DNA from: Spirochaetota bacterium | GTDB lineage: Bacteria > Spirochaetota > UBA4802 > UB4802 | Assembly: GCA_026414805.1 (NCBI GenBank) | Contig: JAOAIH010000002.1 | Location: 7,156 to 71,155, forward strand | Length of the DNA stretch: 64,000 bases | Direction: 5' to 3' | Shown here: positions 27,901 through 36,047 of the stretch, one piece after another | Layout: the number at the start of each line of letters is the position of its first letter | Numbering within the stretch: position 1 is the stretch's first letter | Position numbers and translations under genes: made by a program | Notes under the pieces: generated by a model | What the model was told of the DNA's origin: nothing | Database searches by the model: none | What the model saw: only the letters and a program-made list of their open reading frames with translations

Positions 27901-29833
27901 TTATATATGGCGTTTTACCACGCAATATGTACCGGATACCACACCACCTACAATAGTTGCTGGAAGCCGTTTCCCCGCTCCTGGCACAGTTAACGTACCA
28001 CTGAATTCCAATATCAGATTACAGTTTTCAGAAGCTGTAAAAAATATTGAAAAAATCACTTTGAAAAAAGGTACCATTACTATACCAGTTGAAATTTCGT
28101 ATAATCCAGCAACTTTTACAGTGACACTTGACCCAATTGATAATTTAGAACAGAATACAGTGTATACTGTTACAGTACCTGGTGGTTCCACTGGTATTGT
28201 AATCATGGACTTGGCCGACAACAGGCTTGCATCAACTGATACATGGCAATTTACTACAGAACTTGATACAACCCCACCATCAATTATTTCACGATATCCG
28301 GTGCCGGGGGCAGTCAATGTACAATTGAAGCCTGTTATAACAGTTACATTCAGTGAACCGGTTGTAAATGTTACCACTTCTACCTTTACATTAAGCGGAA
28401 GCGGCGTTGGGACATTTTATGTTGTTTATGATGATGCTACACGGACAGCTACGCTTACCCCAGGAACTGAATTAAGCAACAACACTACATATACAGTAAC
28501 TTTAACCAACGGAATACGCGACAGGTACAATAATTCATTATCAACAACTACATGGACATTTACCACATATAGCTTGCCTCAAATTACCAATATTGAAGTA
28601 TCAAATAATGGTGGCTCAAGCTATTCAGCAATTACAGATGCTGCAACAAATGTTAATTCATTATTAACTCATGTTCGTATAACCTTTAACCGTTCAATGA
28701 ATACCGAAAAACAATGGTTACAGATTTATGAAGGGGCTTCGGGCTCTACAACTCCAGCACCGTTAACACCTTTTAATTACTTCTGGGATTCAAACAATAC
28801 CAGAATAACGTATATATTAAAAGGTCGATGCAAAGGAGGAACACAATATCAGTTTAAACTGTTTGGTTGGGGTGGTAGTTTTGAAGATACTGATGGGAAC
28901 AGAGTGAGCAGAACAGCCTATGTTGGTGATGGTATTTTAAATTTTACCACTGCCGCTGATAGTATTGCACCACTTGTTATTGCTACAATACCTTATAATA
29001 GCGCTACAAATGTAGGAAGAGATATTGGTTTTATTATCATACAATTTAACGAAATGATGAATCAATCCAGGGATTCACGCATAACACTATCCCCAGCAAT
29101 AACTGCTACACGTCAGGGATGGATTGAAGGTGGCAGGACAGTTATATTTACAATTGGGCAACTTGCAGCCAACACTACATATTCAGTAACACTTAATTCA
29201 GGAACAAACAGTTTTCAGGATCTGGCAGGGAATAATGCTGCAGCTTCTGGACAGGTTATCTGTACTTTTACAACCGGGACTACCACTGGTTCATCCACAC
29301 AACTTTCAGAAAGCTTTGAAAATTATTCCCAACCATATTTTTCTAACTTTAAAAATATAAGTACCGATAACACCGATTGGATTAGAATTACGACCGAACG
29401 CTCAGGTAATGGTTCTACTCTGTCACCTCCGCAGGGCAGTTACTTTGCCAAAGCAGCAAGCTTTGAATATGATCCTGGCACATATTCAGATATAGTGAAC
29501 ATAAATTCAATTAATATGTCTACGCTGGGAAGTTATATATTAACATTCCAGATGTATCATGAAAGGATTTACAATGCCCCAGACAGAATAGAAGTGTTAT
29601 TAAGTACTGATGGAATTAACTTTAATCCCATAGATACTGGAGCAATGGGTCAGGTATACCGCTATGACTGGTCATTAGGCAACGATAATCCAGTGTGGCA
29701 AACACACTATGTTGATCTTTCTGCCTTTTCAGGTCCGGGGTATAATTCCGTATGGATAAAATTACGAGCTTACTCAGCAGGTGAAATGGGACAAAATATC
29801 ATTGTAGATGATGTTAGATTGCTGAAATATTAG
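24905..29833 (+). CDS. giant surface lipoprotein with 13 tandem SbsA/Big_5-type Ig-like domains and a C-terminal MAM/jelly-roll-like domain
   Basis: Signal peptide with a lipobox-like 'FINGC'. Thirteen ~105-aa units each open with a D-T-T-P-P-x-(V/I)-x-S-x-x-P motif followed by '...F.VvF(S/N)E.V.....tF.l' (e.g. ADTEPPVVISFTP, PDTTPPQLSSKVP, PDTTPPSIVSRYP, DTTPPSIISRYP). The last ~200 aa ('...YVDLSAFSGPGYNSVWIKLRAYSAGEMGQNIIVDDVRLL') resemble a MAM/choice-of-anchor-type beta-sandwich. Start assigned to ATG 24905 with a GAGGT Shine-Dalgarno; the ORF is open from TTG 24890. Confidence 0.8.
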   Translation: MNIITKNTHNRTFTNNRYITIFFIIFIVFINGCVGGGNSADTEPPVVISFTPHRGQTDVPINTQIVVTFSKSVININSNTFYIEKLSGGKIAASIMYNDSTRTAVLQLLENLDYNSIYYVTLTSEIRSRSGVALIPEAWAFITGIQADTQKPTIIEKSPAYEYYVNLSTPIYIVFSEPVINVNSTTVFIKKGNDILQASVAYNETTRKAEITPSQPLEEWTRYTIVLTDSITDLSGNSLDAYQYTFRTDDTTYPSVISKYPEGDEIPTNSLISVTFSESIKSYTITNVNNFKLEKWTGATWENVERIITYNDNTKTAICYSQSGLEPNTEYKVTLKKDIRDQAHNPLNQETTWQFTTKNEPDTTPPQLSSKVPNDNQTNVPTDTVITITFNENVLGVDSTSFVVKRADTNEAVQGTVIYNHNMYQATFTPVFTLAEGVWYKVELSSNIHDTANNMLVPVSWQFKTQDTTKPDITYRYPSNGMGNVGNNVNIVVTFSERVNNVSVQSFKIRNETTGQYIAGNVTYNDATKTATFDPDDPLPFETTFTVVLTNDIKDASDNSLNYTEWSFQTGIEPDTTPPSIVSRYPSSGQTNIPISSTIQIQFSEPVSGVGPQTIQLKKGDQNGIPIPVMVNYDSISQRVNITPLGNLEYESQYTVVVIGGDSSDIKDVAGNRFASTVNWSFATTADTTSPYVTFKSPEQGTPDIPGNAVEVRVLFSEQVMNVNTNTFKLRRVSDNTEISCNVTYSYNPQNNIAQAVLTPLANITVTGTYRAELSSAITDMSVAQNPLQAVQWTFEITAIDETAPTVVLKSPAAGNTNWNNKKVTVIFSEDVKGVSGSSFFIKDQYNTTIPATVTYYPGLLTAELEVLQDLEYEKTFTAYLTNAIKDKANNTLSPISWSFSTPQDSIPPFVSTVYPPDGTTGYPVNGSIWAKFSEPIQGYSSSSFYLDPPVSATIVYDEQTKTLTLIPQSNMQGQTQYTVRITTAIKDRANIPNSLLNDYIWRFTTQYVPDTTPPTIVAGSRFPAPGTVNVPLNSNIRLQFSEAVKNIEKITLKKGTITIPVEISYNPATFTVTLDPIDNLEQNTVYTVTVPGGSTGIVIMDLADNRLASTDTWQFTTELDTTPPSIISRYPVPGAVNVQLKPVITVTFSEPVVNVTTSTFTLSGSGVGTFYVVYDDATRTATLTPGTELSNNTTYTVTLTNGIRDRYNNSLSTTTWTFTTYSLPQITNIEVSNNGGSSYSAITDAATNVNSLLTHVRITFNRSMNTEKQWLQIYEGASGSTTPAPLTPFNYFWDSNNTRITYILKGRCKGGTQYQFKLFGWGGSFEDTDGNRVSRTAYVGDGILNFTTAADSIAPLVIATIPYNSATNVGRDIGFIIIQFNEMMNQSRDSRITLSPAITATRQGWIEGGRTVIFTIGQLAANTTYSVTLNSGTNSFQDLAGNNAAASGQVICTFTTGTTTGSSTQLSESFENYSQPYFSNFKNISTDNTDWIRITTERSGNGSTLSPPQGSYFAKAASFEYDPGTYSDIVNINSINMSTLGSYILTFQMYHERIYNAPDRIEVLLSTDGINFNPIDTGAMGQVYRYDWSLGNDNPVWQTHYVDLSAFSGPGYNSVWIKLRAYSAGEMGQNIIVDDVRLLKY

Positions 29834-29923
29834 TGTTTTATGAACTGGTTAACAACGCATGTTTTGTTACATGAAACATATTATTAATACAACTGCTAAC
29901 CCAAAAAGGGGTGGAGTAATAGT

Positions 29924-32900
29924 ATGAGACGATTGATTTGGTTAATTTTATTACTGGCTATTTCAAATATTGTATGCAGCGGTGATGTTTTTCACAATTA
30001 TAAAAAAGAACGCGATACAATGAGTATTCCCTATACGCCAGATACTACTCCTCCCCACATTGTAGAGGTAAAGGCATTAACAAGTAATACCATAAAAGTT
30101 ATTTTTGATGAACAAATTGATCCAGCAACAGCACTAAACTATGCTAATTATTATATTCAAGGCATCAATAGAGTAAATGTATTGTCTAACCCTGCACCAA
30201 GCATGGATGGCAGCAATGCTGTAATTCTCAACGTTTCAACTGGCCTTGAGTATGGAATGCACCACGGTAAACAATACACACTATTAGCTCAAAATATTAA
30301 AGATATTTCTGGGAATATATTACTGAATGGCATTTCCCAATTTACTGGTAAGGGTCAAATTGTTGCATCTATATGGTTTTATGATAAAAATAATGATTTG
30401 CGCCAGTTTAGCGATGATCTAGATTATATATATTTTAATTCTAAAAATATTGAATTTATAATTAAAGTAAATGATGATACAAATGGTTACTATTCTTATT
30501 CGATAGATGATTTACCTTACAGCAGCGAAATCCCGTGTACTGATAAATTAATTTTATCTAATCTTTCTGATGGTGTGCATACTCTACAAGTAATAGGAAA
30601 GGATAGTCAGGGGAAACTGCAAGATTTAAACCAGCCATCTTCAGTTTCATTTATTGTTGATACTACACCACCTGTTGCAACATTATCAAAGTTACCTGAA
30701 AGCGTAACAAATAACACTGAAATCGCGGTAGTAGTTGGCGGATTGGATGTAGTGATGTATCGATTTAGGCTCAATAACGAACCGTGGAGCAACGTTATAT
30801 CCGTAAACACACCTATTATCAGAAAAAAATTACTTGGCGGTAACTATCGCCTTGAAGTAAAAGGAATTGATAGCGCAGGTAATGAGCAAAATATTGCCAC
30901 AGCATATCAATGGAGAGTAACATCAGGCAATAGCATCTACTTTGTCAGTAAACCAGAACGTTATACTCGTTTACGAAATGTTGATGTAACACTTGGTGGT
31001 GAAAATATATATTTTTATAAGTATAGCATCAACAATAATATATGGAGCGGGTATATTTCTATAGATCAGCCAATAGTTTTACGAAACTTGCAGGATGGTG
31101 ATTACACAATACGTGTGATAGGAGCTGTCATCCCAGGCGATACTCCATCCGAAACCGATGAAATTGAATACACTTGGACTGTTGATACTAAACCTCCAGT
31201 ATGTACACTCAGCAACTTACCAGCAAATTTTACCAATAAGCAACGAGTTACGATGGTTGTTTCATCTACCGATGGTGAAGTGGTGGCCTATAAATATAAA
31301 CTTTTCAGAAACGGATATCTTCATGAAGAAAGTGGTGTATGTAGTGTAACACAACCATTGGAGTTGAGCAATCTGTCTGAAGCATCATATACTCTTAAAG
31401 TTATGGGAATAGACAAAGCGGGCAATATACAAAGCGAATCAAGTGCAACCGAATATACCTGGACAATAGATTTAACACCACCACAAGTAAGTCTTTATAA
31501 TTTGCCGGCAAGAGATTCCAAAATAAATTCTATTGATATAGCAGTTGGACCACCTGATGTGGTTTCATATAAATATTGTCTAAATACAGTAACCTGGTCA
31601 CAGGAAATAAATAGATCTATTAACATAACCAGAGCAAACCTGTCAGATGGCATCTATACACTATCGGTAATAGGTAAAGATCTTGCAGGGAACTGGCAGA
31701 GTTTTCAAACTCCAACTCAGCATATTTGGGAAATTGATACAACCCCACCTACTGCTGTGTTACTTAATAAACCTCCTGAAGTAACAAATTTACAGAGTGC
31801 CGATTTTGTAATAGGCGGAGTAGGAGTAGTTAAATACAGATATAAATATAACGGTGGAGAATGGAGTCAGGAATATGACCGGATTCAATATCCAAATATT
31901 GTACTCGATAATCTATATGAAGGTTCCCATACCATCCAGGTAATAGGATGTGATAAAGCTGGAAACTGGCAAATCATTCCAACACAGTATACATGGTCAA
32001 TCAATGTTTCATTACCAACTGCTATTTTAAGTGGTACCCCATCATACTATTCTAACGTAAATAATATAAATATTACTGTTGGTGGTGCAGGGATTATAGC
32101 ATATAGATATAAAATTGATAATCAATCATGGAGCGCAGAAATTGATGTTTCAAATCCTATAGTAATATCTAATTTATCCGAAGGGTACCATATCATCAAA
32201 GTAATAGGGAAAAACAGTTTGAATCAATGGCAATCTGTTGAAGCAGCTACTACTTTTGAATGGATAATTGATACAGTTCCTCCAGTTGCGCAGCTTACAA
32301 ATACACCACAAAGCCCAACAAACAACCAGTCCATAGCAATTAAAGTATATGGAGTGGGAGTGTATGCATATAAATATTCTCTGGATGATCCTGATCCGCG
32401 CGGCAGTCAGGAATTTTTAATTGATACTGATGATACAATTAATATTGATAATATACTAGGTGGTCAACACACATTGTATGTTATAGCCCGAGATGAAGCT
32501 GGAAACTGGCAGGATTATAATCACCCTACAACATATATTTGGACAATTGATACCAGTACACCAACAGCTATGTTTGATGCAGCTACATTGCCAAAAAATA
32601 TAACCAATCAAACAGGTATTAATATTAAAGTAATGGGTAGCAATATTGTTAAATATAAATATAAATTGGATACATTACCATGGAGCGGTGAAATTGATGT
32701 TAATGACCCTATTATGCGATTGGGATTAGCGGAAGGAACGCATATAGTCAAAGTTATAGGTAAAAATGAAGCAGGAACCTGGCAATCAGAAAGCAATGCA
32801 ACTGAATACAGCTGGATAATTGATATAACTCCACCAGCTCCGCCAGAAATACTTTTACAAAACCTTCCAAATAATTTAACCAATGAAACAAGTATTAATA

Positions 32901-35137
32901 TTATTGTCAATGGAACAGGAATAACACATTACAGATATAAACTAAATGAAGAAAACTGGAGTGATCCTATTCTACTGGGTACTAATATTGTACGTTCTGG
33001 ATTAATTGAAAATACATACAATCTTTATGTGATAGCAAAGGATGAAGCTGGAAATTGGACAAGTGAAAGTAATGCAAAAACATACTCATGGCGTGTTGAT
33101 TATACCAGTCCAATTGCAGCTATTACAAACAGACCTGATAATCCATCAAACCAAAACTGGGCTGAATTCATAATAGCGGGCACAGGGATTGTGCAATATA
33201 AATATAAAATAGATAATGGGTTGTGGAGTGATTGGGTTGATGTCAATCAGCATATAATTTTAAATAATCTACCTGATGGAATACATACAATTTCTGTGTG
33301 CGGACGAAAAAGTTCCAATCCACCTTATTTTGAACAGGCAGAACAGGATGCAACAACGTATACATGGGAAGTAGATACCGTTGCACCAACTGCTGTATTA
33401 AGCAACCTGCCATCAAATCCAACTACCAATACTTCAATAAGTATTACAGTAGGAGGTTTGCAGGTTGTGGCATATCGATACAGAATTAATAATGGAGCAT
33501 GGATACCTGTTACATCTGAAATCATCAAAGAATTCCCTATTGTCTTGAGCGGTCTTACCCCGGGTAACTATCAAATTGATGTTGTTGCTCGTGATTTAGC
33601 TGGTAACTGGCAAATCATACCAACAAGCTACGTATGGACAATAAATCCTCCTCCTCTTGTGTCACCAGCAACAGTGGATATTGGTGAATACAGTACATCT
33701 GCTGCACTAATGTTCAGTTGGGTGCGCCCGTATGGTACAGCAGATGTAAAAATACAAATAGCGTCTGATACCAATTTCAGCAATGTTGTTTTTGAAAGTG
33801 TAGTTGGCAACGTAGACAGCTATACATTTGTAGCGCAAAGTACCGAAATAGAACGTTATTATGCGCGTGTGGCTGTCAATGATCAACCTGGTAAGCCTTT
33901 AAATGATCCAAGCTGGAAACCATGGGGACAGGCAAGTAATGGAATTGCTATGGTGGGTTCAGTAAGTGGTGTTGTTAAAAATGCAGTAGGATTTGCAGCA
34001 TTGAGTAATGTAACTATTGAGTTAAGAAAAATGATTGATAATTCATTAATAGATACCACCACAACCGACACCAACGGTGGATTTACTTTTACTGGAGTAC
34101 CAATAGGCAGCAATAAATATAAACTTGTTGCTTCTCTTACAGGTTATTATACCGCAACAAAAAATAATATTACCATTACATTAGGTGTACAATTAAGCGC
34201 AGGAACAATATATCTTGTGCCAACCTCTGCATCAAGCGGTACCATTACCGGTACAGTCATTGATGCCAATGATGCAAGTAAATTAGCGGGAGTAACCGTT
34301 GAGGTATATAACTGGCAAAATATTTTAGTAGCATCTACAGTGACTGCATCAGGAGGTACATTTACAACAACAACGTTAAGTCCCGGTGTATATTCTGTAT
34401 TGTTTAAAAGGACTAACTATTATGATCTTTTAGTAGATAATATCGTAGTCAATGGCAACAGAGATATAGGACGCCAGGCAATTTGTGCATATCTTGTTGA
34501 GCCAATGGTACGTGTAATAGTGTTATGGGGACAAAACCCTCAGGATCTTGACCTGCACGTTGTTGGTCCAACATCACAAACAGTTGTCGAAGCCGATACT
34601 GCCTATAATAATCCTCAAAACAGATTCCATGTGGGCTATATTGGATATACAAATTATAAATGGCAATATAATTATAATGAACTCACTGGTGCATACGAAA
34701 GAGGTGATGATAAAAGCTCAACTACAGTTCCCGATAGAACAGGTACAAAATCAACCACTGCATTAGTACAGGATGTATATCCTGGAAATACCATTACAGG
34801 TTCCGGTTATGGTCCTGAGGCAATTAATTTATGGCGCTACGGAGGAGTTCAGTATGCCAGAGGTATTTTCACTTATACTGTCAGGAATTGGTCAGGAACT
34901 GATTGGTATGCTGGCGGAAGAGATGTCATAGTAAGGATATATGATTCACAAGGTATGGTACAGCAGATATTAATGCCGCAGGGAGCAACTGACCCTGGAA
35001 ATACAACCCGAGATTGGAAAGCGGTAAAAATCAATATACAGGGGAATACGCGTTCAAAACGTATTATTTATGTGCCAACGCAAGGAGTATTTTTCAATGC
35101 CGGTGTGGATAGAAACAAGGCTGGTTTTGACTGGTAA
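29924..35137 (+). CDS. giant secreted/surface protein: N-terminal Ig-like domain, 11 tandem ~90-aa beta-sandwich repeats, two carboxypeptidase-regulatory-like domains, PPC-like C-terminal domain
   Basis: GGGGTGGAG Shine-Dalgarno and signal peptide (MRRLIWLILLLAISNIVCSG). Repeats at ~30658..33660 share the pattern 'DTTPP.a.L.n.P...TN.......V.G.g...Y(R/K)YK.n...WS.........L.dG.H...V.g.D.AGNWQ'. These are followed by 'GVVKNAVGFAALSNVTIEL...TDTNGGFTFTGVP' and 'GTITGTVIDANDASKLAGVTVEVY' (CarbopepD_reg-like) and a C-terminus with 'VIVLWGQNPQDLDLHVVGP' (pre-peptidase C-terminal-like). Confidence 0.8.
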   Translation: MRRLIWLILLLAISNIVCSGDVFHNYKKERDTMSIPYTPDTTPPHIVEVKALTSNTIKVIFDEQIDPATALNYANYYIQGINRVNVLSNPAPSMDGSNAVILNVSTGLEYGMHHGKQYTLLAQNIKDISGNILLNGISQFTGKGQIVASIWFYDKNNDLRQFSDDLDYIYFNSKNIEFIIKVNDDTNGYYSYSIDDLPYSSEIPCTDKLILSNLSDGVHTLQVIGKDSQGKLQDLNQPSSVSFIVDTTPPVATLSKLPESVTNNTEIAVVVGGLDVVMYRFRLNNEPWSNVISVNTPIIRKKLLGGNYRLEVKGIDSAGNEQNIATAYQWRVTSGNSIYFVSKPERYTRLRNVDVTLGGENIYFYKYSINNNIWSGYISIDQPIVLRNLQDGDYTIRVIGAVIPGDTPSETDEIEYTWTVDTKPPVCTLSNLPANFTNKQRVTMVVSSTDGEVVAYKYKLFRNGYLHEESGVCSVTQPLELSNLSEASYTLKVMGIDKAGNIQSESSATEYTWTIDLTPPQVSLYNLPARDSKINSIDIAVGPPDVVSYKYCLNTVTWSQEINRSINITRANLSDGIYTLSVIGKDLAGNWQSFQTPTQHIWEIDTTPPTAVLLNKPPEVTNLQSADFVIGGVGVVKYRYKYNGGEWSQEYDRIQYPNIVLDNLYEGSHTIQVIGCDKAGNWQIIPTQYTWSINVSLPTAILSGTPSYYSNVNNINITVGGAGIIAYRYKIDNQSWSAEIDVSNPIVISNLSEGYHIIKVIGKNSLNQWQSVEAATTFEWIIDTVPPVAQLTNTPQSPTNNQSIAIKVYGVGVYAYKYSLDDPDPRGSQEFLIDTDDTINIDNILGGQHTLYVIARDEAGNWQDYNHPTTYIWTIDTSTPTAMFDAATLPKNITNQTGINIKVMGSNIVKYKYKLDTLPWSGEIDVNDPIMRLGLAEGTHIVKVIGKNEAGTWQSESNATEYSWIIDITPPAPPEILLQNLPNNLTNETSINIIVNGTGITHYRYKLNEENWSDPILLGTNIVRSGLIENTYNLYVIAKDEAGNWTSESNAKTYSWRVDYTSPIAAITNRPDNPSNQNWAEFIIAGTGIVQYKYKIDNGLWSDWVDVNQHIILNNLPDGIHTISVCGRKSSNPPYFEQAEQDATTYTWEVDTVAPTAVLSNLPSNPTTNTSISITVGGLQVVAYRYRINNGAWIPVTSEIIKEFPIVLSGLTPGNYQIDVVARDLAGNWQIIPTSYVWTINPPPLVSPATVDIGEYSTSAALMFSWVRPYGTADVKIQIASDTNFSNVVFESVVGNVDSYTFVAQSTEIERYYARVAVNDQPGKPLNDPSWKPWGQASNGIAMVGSVSGVVKNAVGFAALSNVTIELRKMIDNSLIDTTTTDTNGGFTFTGVPIGSNKYKLVASLTGYYTATKNNITITLGVQLSAGTIYLVPTSASSGTITGTVIDANDASKLAGVTVEVYNWQNILVASTVTASGGTFTTTTLSPGVYSVLFKRTNYYDLLVDNIVVNGNRDIGRQAICAYLVEPMVRVIVLWGQNPQDLDLHVVGPTSQTVVEADTAYNNPQNRFHVGYIGYTNYKWQYNYNELTGAYERGDDKSSTTVPDRTGTKSTTALVQDVYPGNTITGSGYGPEAINLWRYGGVQYARGIFTYTVRNWSGTDWYAGGRDVIVRIYDSQGMVQQILMPQGATDPGNTTRDWKAVKINIQGNTRSKRIIYVPTQGVFFNAGVDRNKAGFDW

Positions 35138-35148
35138 AATCTGTTATA

Positions 35149-35190
35149 CACTGCAGCATTGAAAATGAAAATCTACTCTTTGCTGCAGTG
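35149..35190. repeat. perfect 10-bp inverted repeat CACTGCAGCA/TGCTGCAGTG with 22-nt loop, 12 bp after the giant gene stop
   Basis: Arms at 35149..35158 and 35181..35190. It contains two PstI-type CTGCAG cores. No U-run follows, so it is not a canonical intrinsic terminator. Confidence 0.5.
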
Positions 35191-35375
35191 AAGATTTCAA
35201 GCAGCAAAAAACTTTACTTTAAAAGTTGTGTTGATAATGGTGACAGTGAGACTTCTTTACATAATTTAATAGATTTTACAAATAGAGCTGAATGAAATTA
35301 ATGGGGAAATTTTAGAATTTGTTTAAAAAAATTATATAAAATAAAGAAGTTAAATATAAATTAAGAGTTAAAGAA

Positions 35376-36002
35376 ATGATGCAAAAAAAAGTGCAATTGG
35401 TCATTACTGTTTATATCCTATTTATGTTTTCATTAAAGCTGTATGCTCAGCAAAAACAGGCCGATATAAAAAAACAAAAGTTTGAACCAACCAAGCCTGC
35501 TATTGAAATACAAAAAACAAATGATACAAAACAATATAGTAATATTATTTTTGCAATGTCTGGTGGATATTTTTCCCCTTTAGGAACCGAGTCTGTGATG
35601 TTAAATGGTAGCTGGATGATTAAATCGTTTATTCAGCAAAATAATATTGAAAATACCCTTTTTGGAATAGGTGGCGATTTGCTTTACACAAAACTTCAGG
35701 ATAAAAAGTATGATGGTTATATAATGTATGTAACATTTATACCAAATGCAACAGCAGTATTTCCATTGTACAAGAATTTAATGGTAATACTAAAAGCCGG
35801 ACCAGGCTTTACAGTACTACATTCACATTTAAATGACTTAAATGAAAGCTCACTATCAATGACATTAGCAGCTGGTGCAGGATTATTTATAATTATAAGT
35901 CAGCAATTTATATGGGGTATTGAAAACATGTATCATTATTACTTTCAGATACATGCTTCATCATCGTTAAGTTATTATTCCTATATTGGATATAGATGGT
36001 AA
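35376..36002 (+). CDS. small secreted protein, predicted outer-membrane beta-barrel (OmpW/OmpA-like size class)
   Basis: Cleavable signal peptide (MMQKKVQLVITVYILFMFSLKLYAQQ). Alternating hydrophobic beta-strand pattern with an aromatic C-terminus (...YSYIGYRW). 208 aa. Confidence 0.5.
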   Translation: MMQKKVQLVITVYILFMFSLKLYAQQKQADIKKQKFEPTKPAIEIQKTNDTKQYSNIIFAMSGGYFSPLGTESVMLNGSWMIKSFIQQNNIENTLFGIGGDLLYTKLQDKKYDGYIMYVTFIPNATAVFPLYKNLMVILKAGPGFTVLHSHLNDLNESSLSMTLAAGAGLFIIISQQFIWGIENMYHYYFQIHASSSLSYYSYIGYRW

Positions 36003-36047
36003 TTTTTGGAGTAATGGCATAATAAAATTAATTATCGGAGGAATAAA

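Noticed and set aside
30658-33660. Giant-gene internal repeats as a DNA-level tandem repeat/VNTR or mobile cassette array
   Set aside because: Copies are only ~30-40% identical at the protein level with no extended identical nucleotide blocks. These are ancient domain duplications, not recent slippage-prone repeats.
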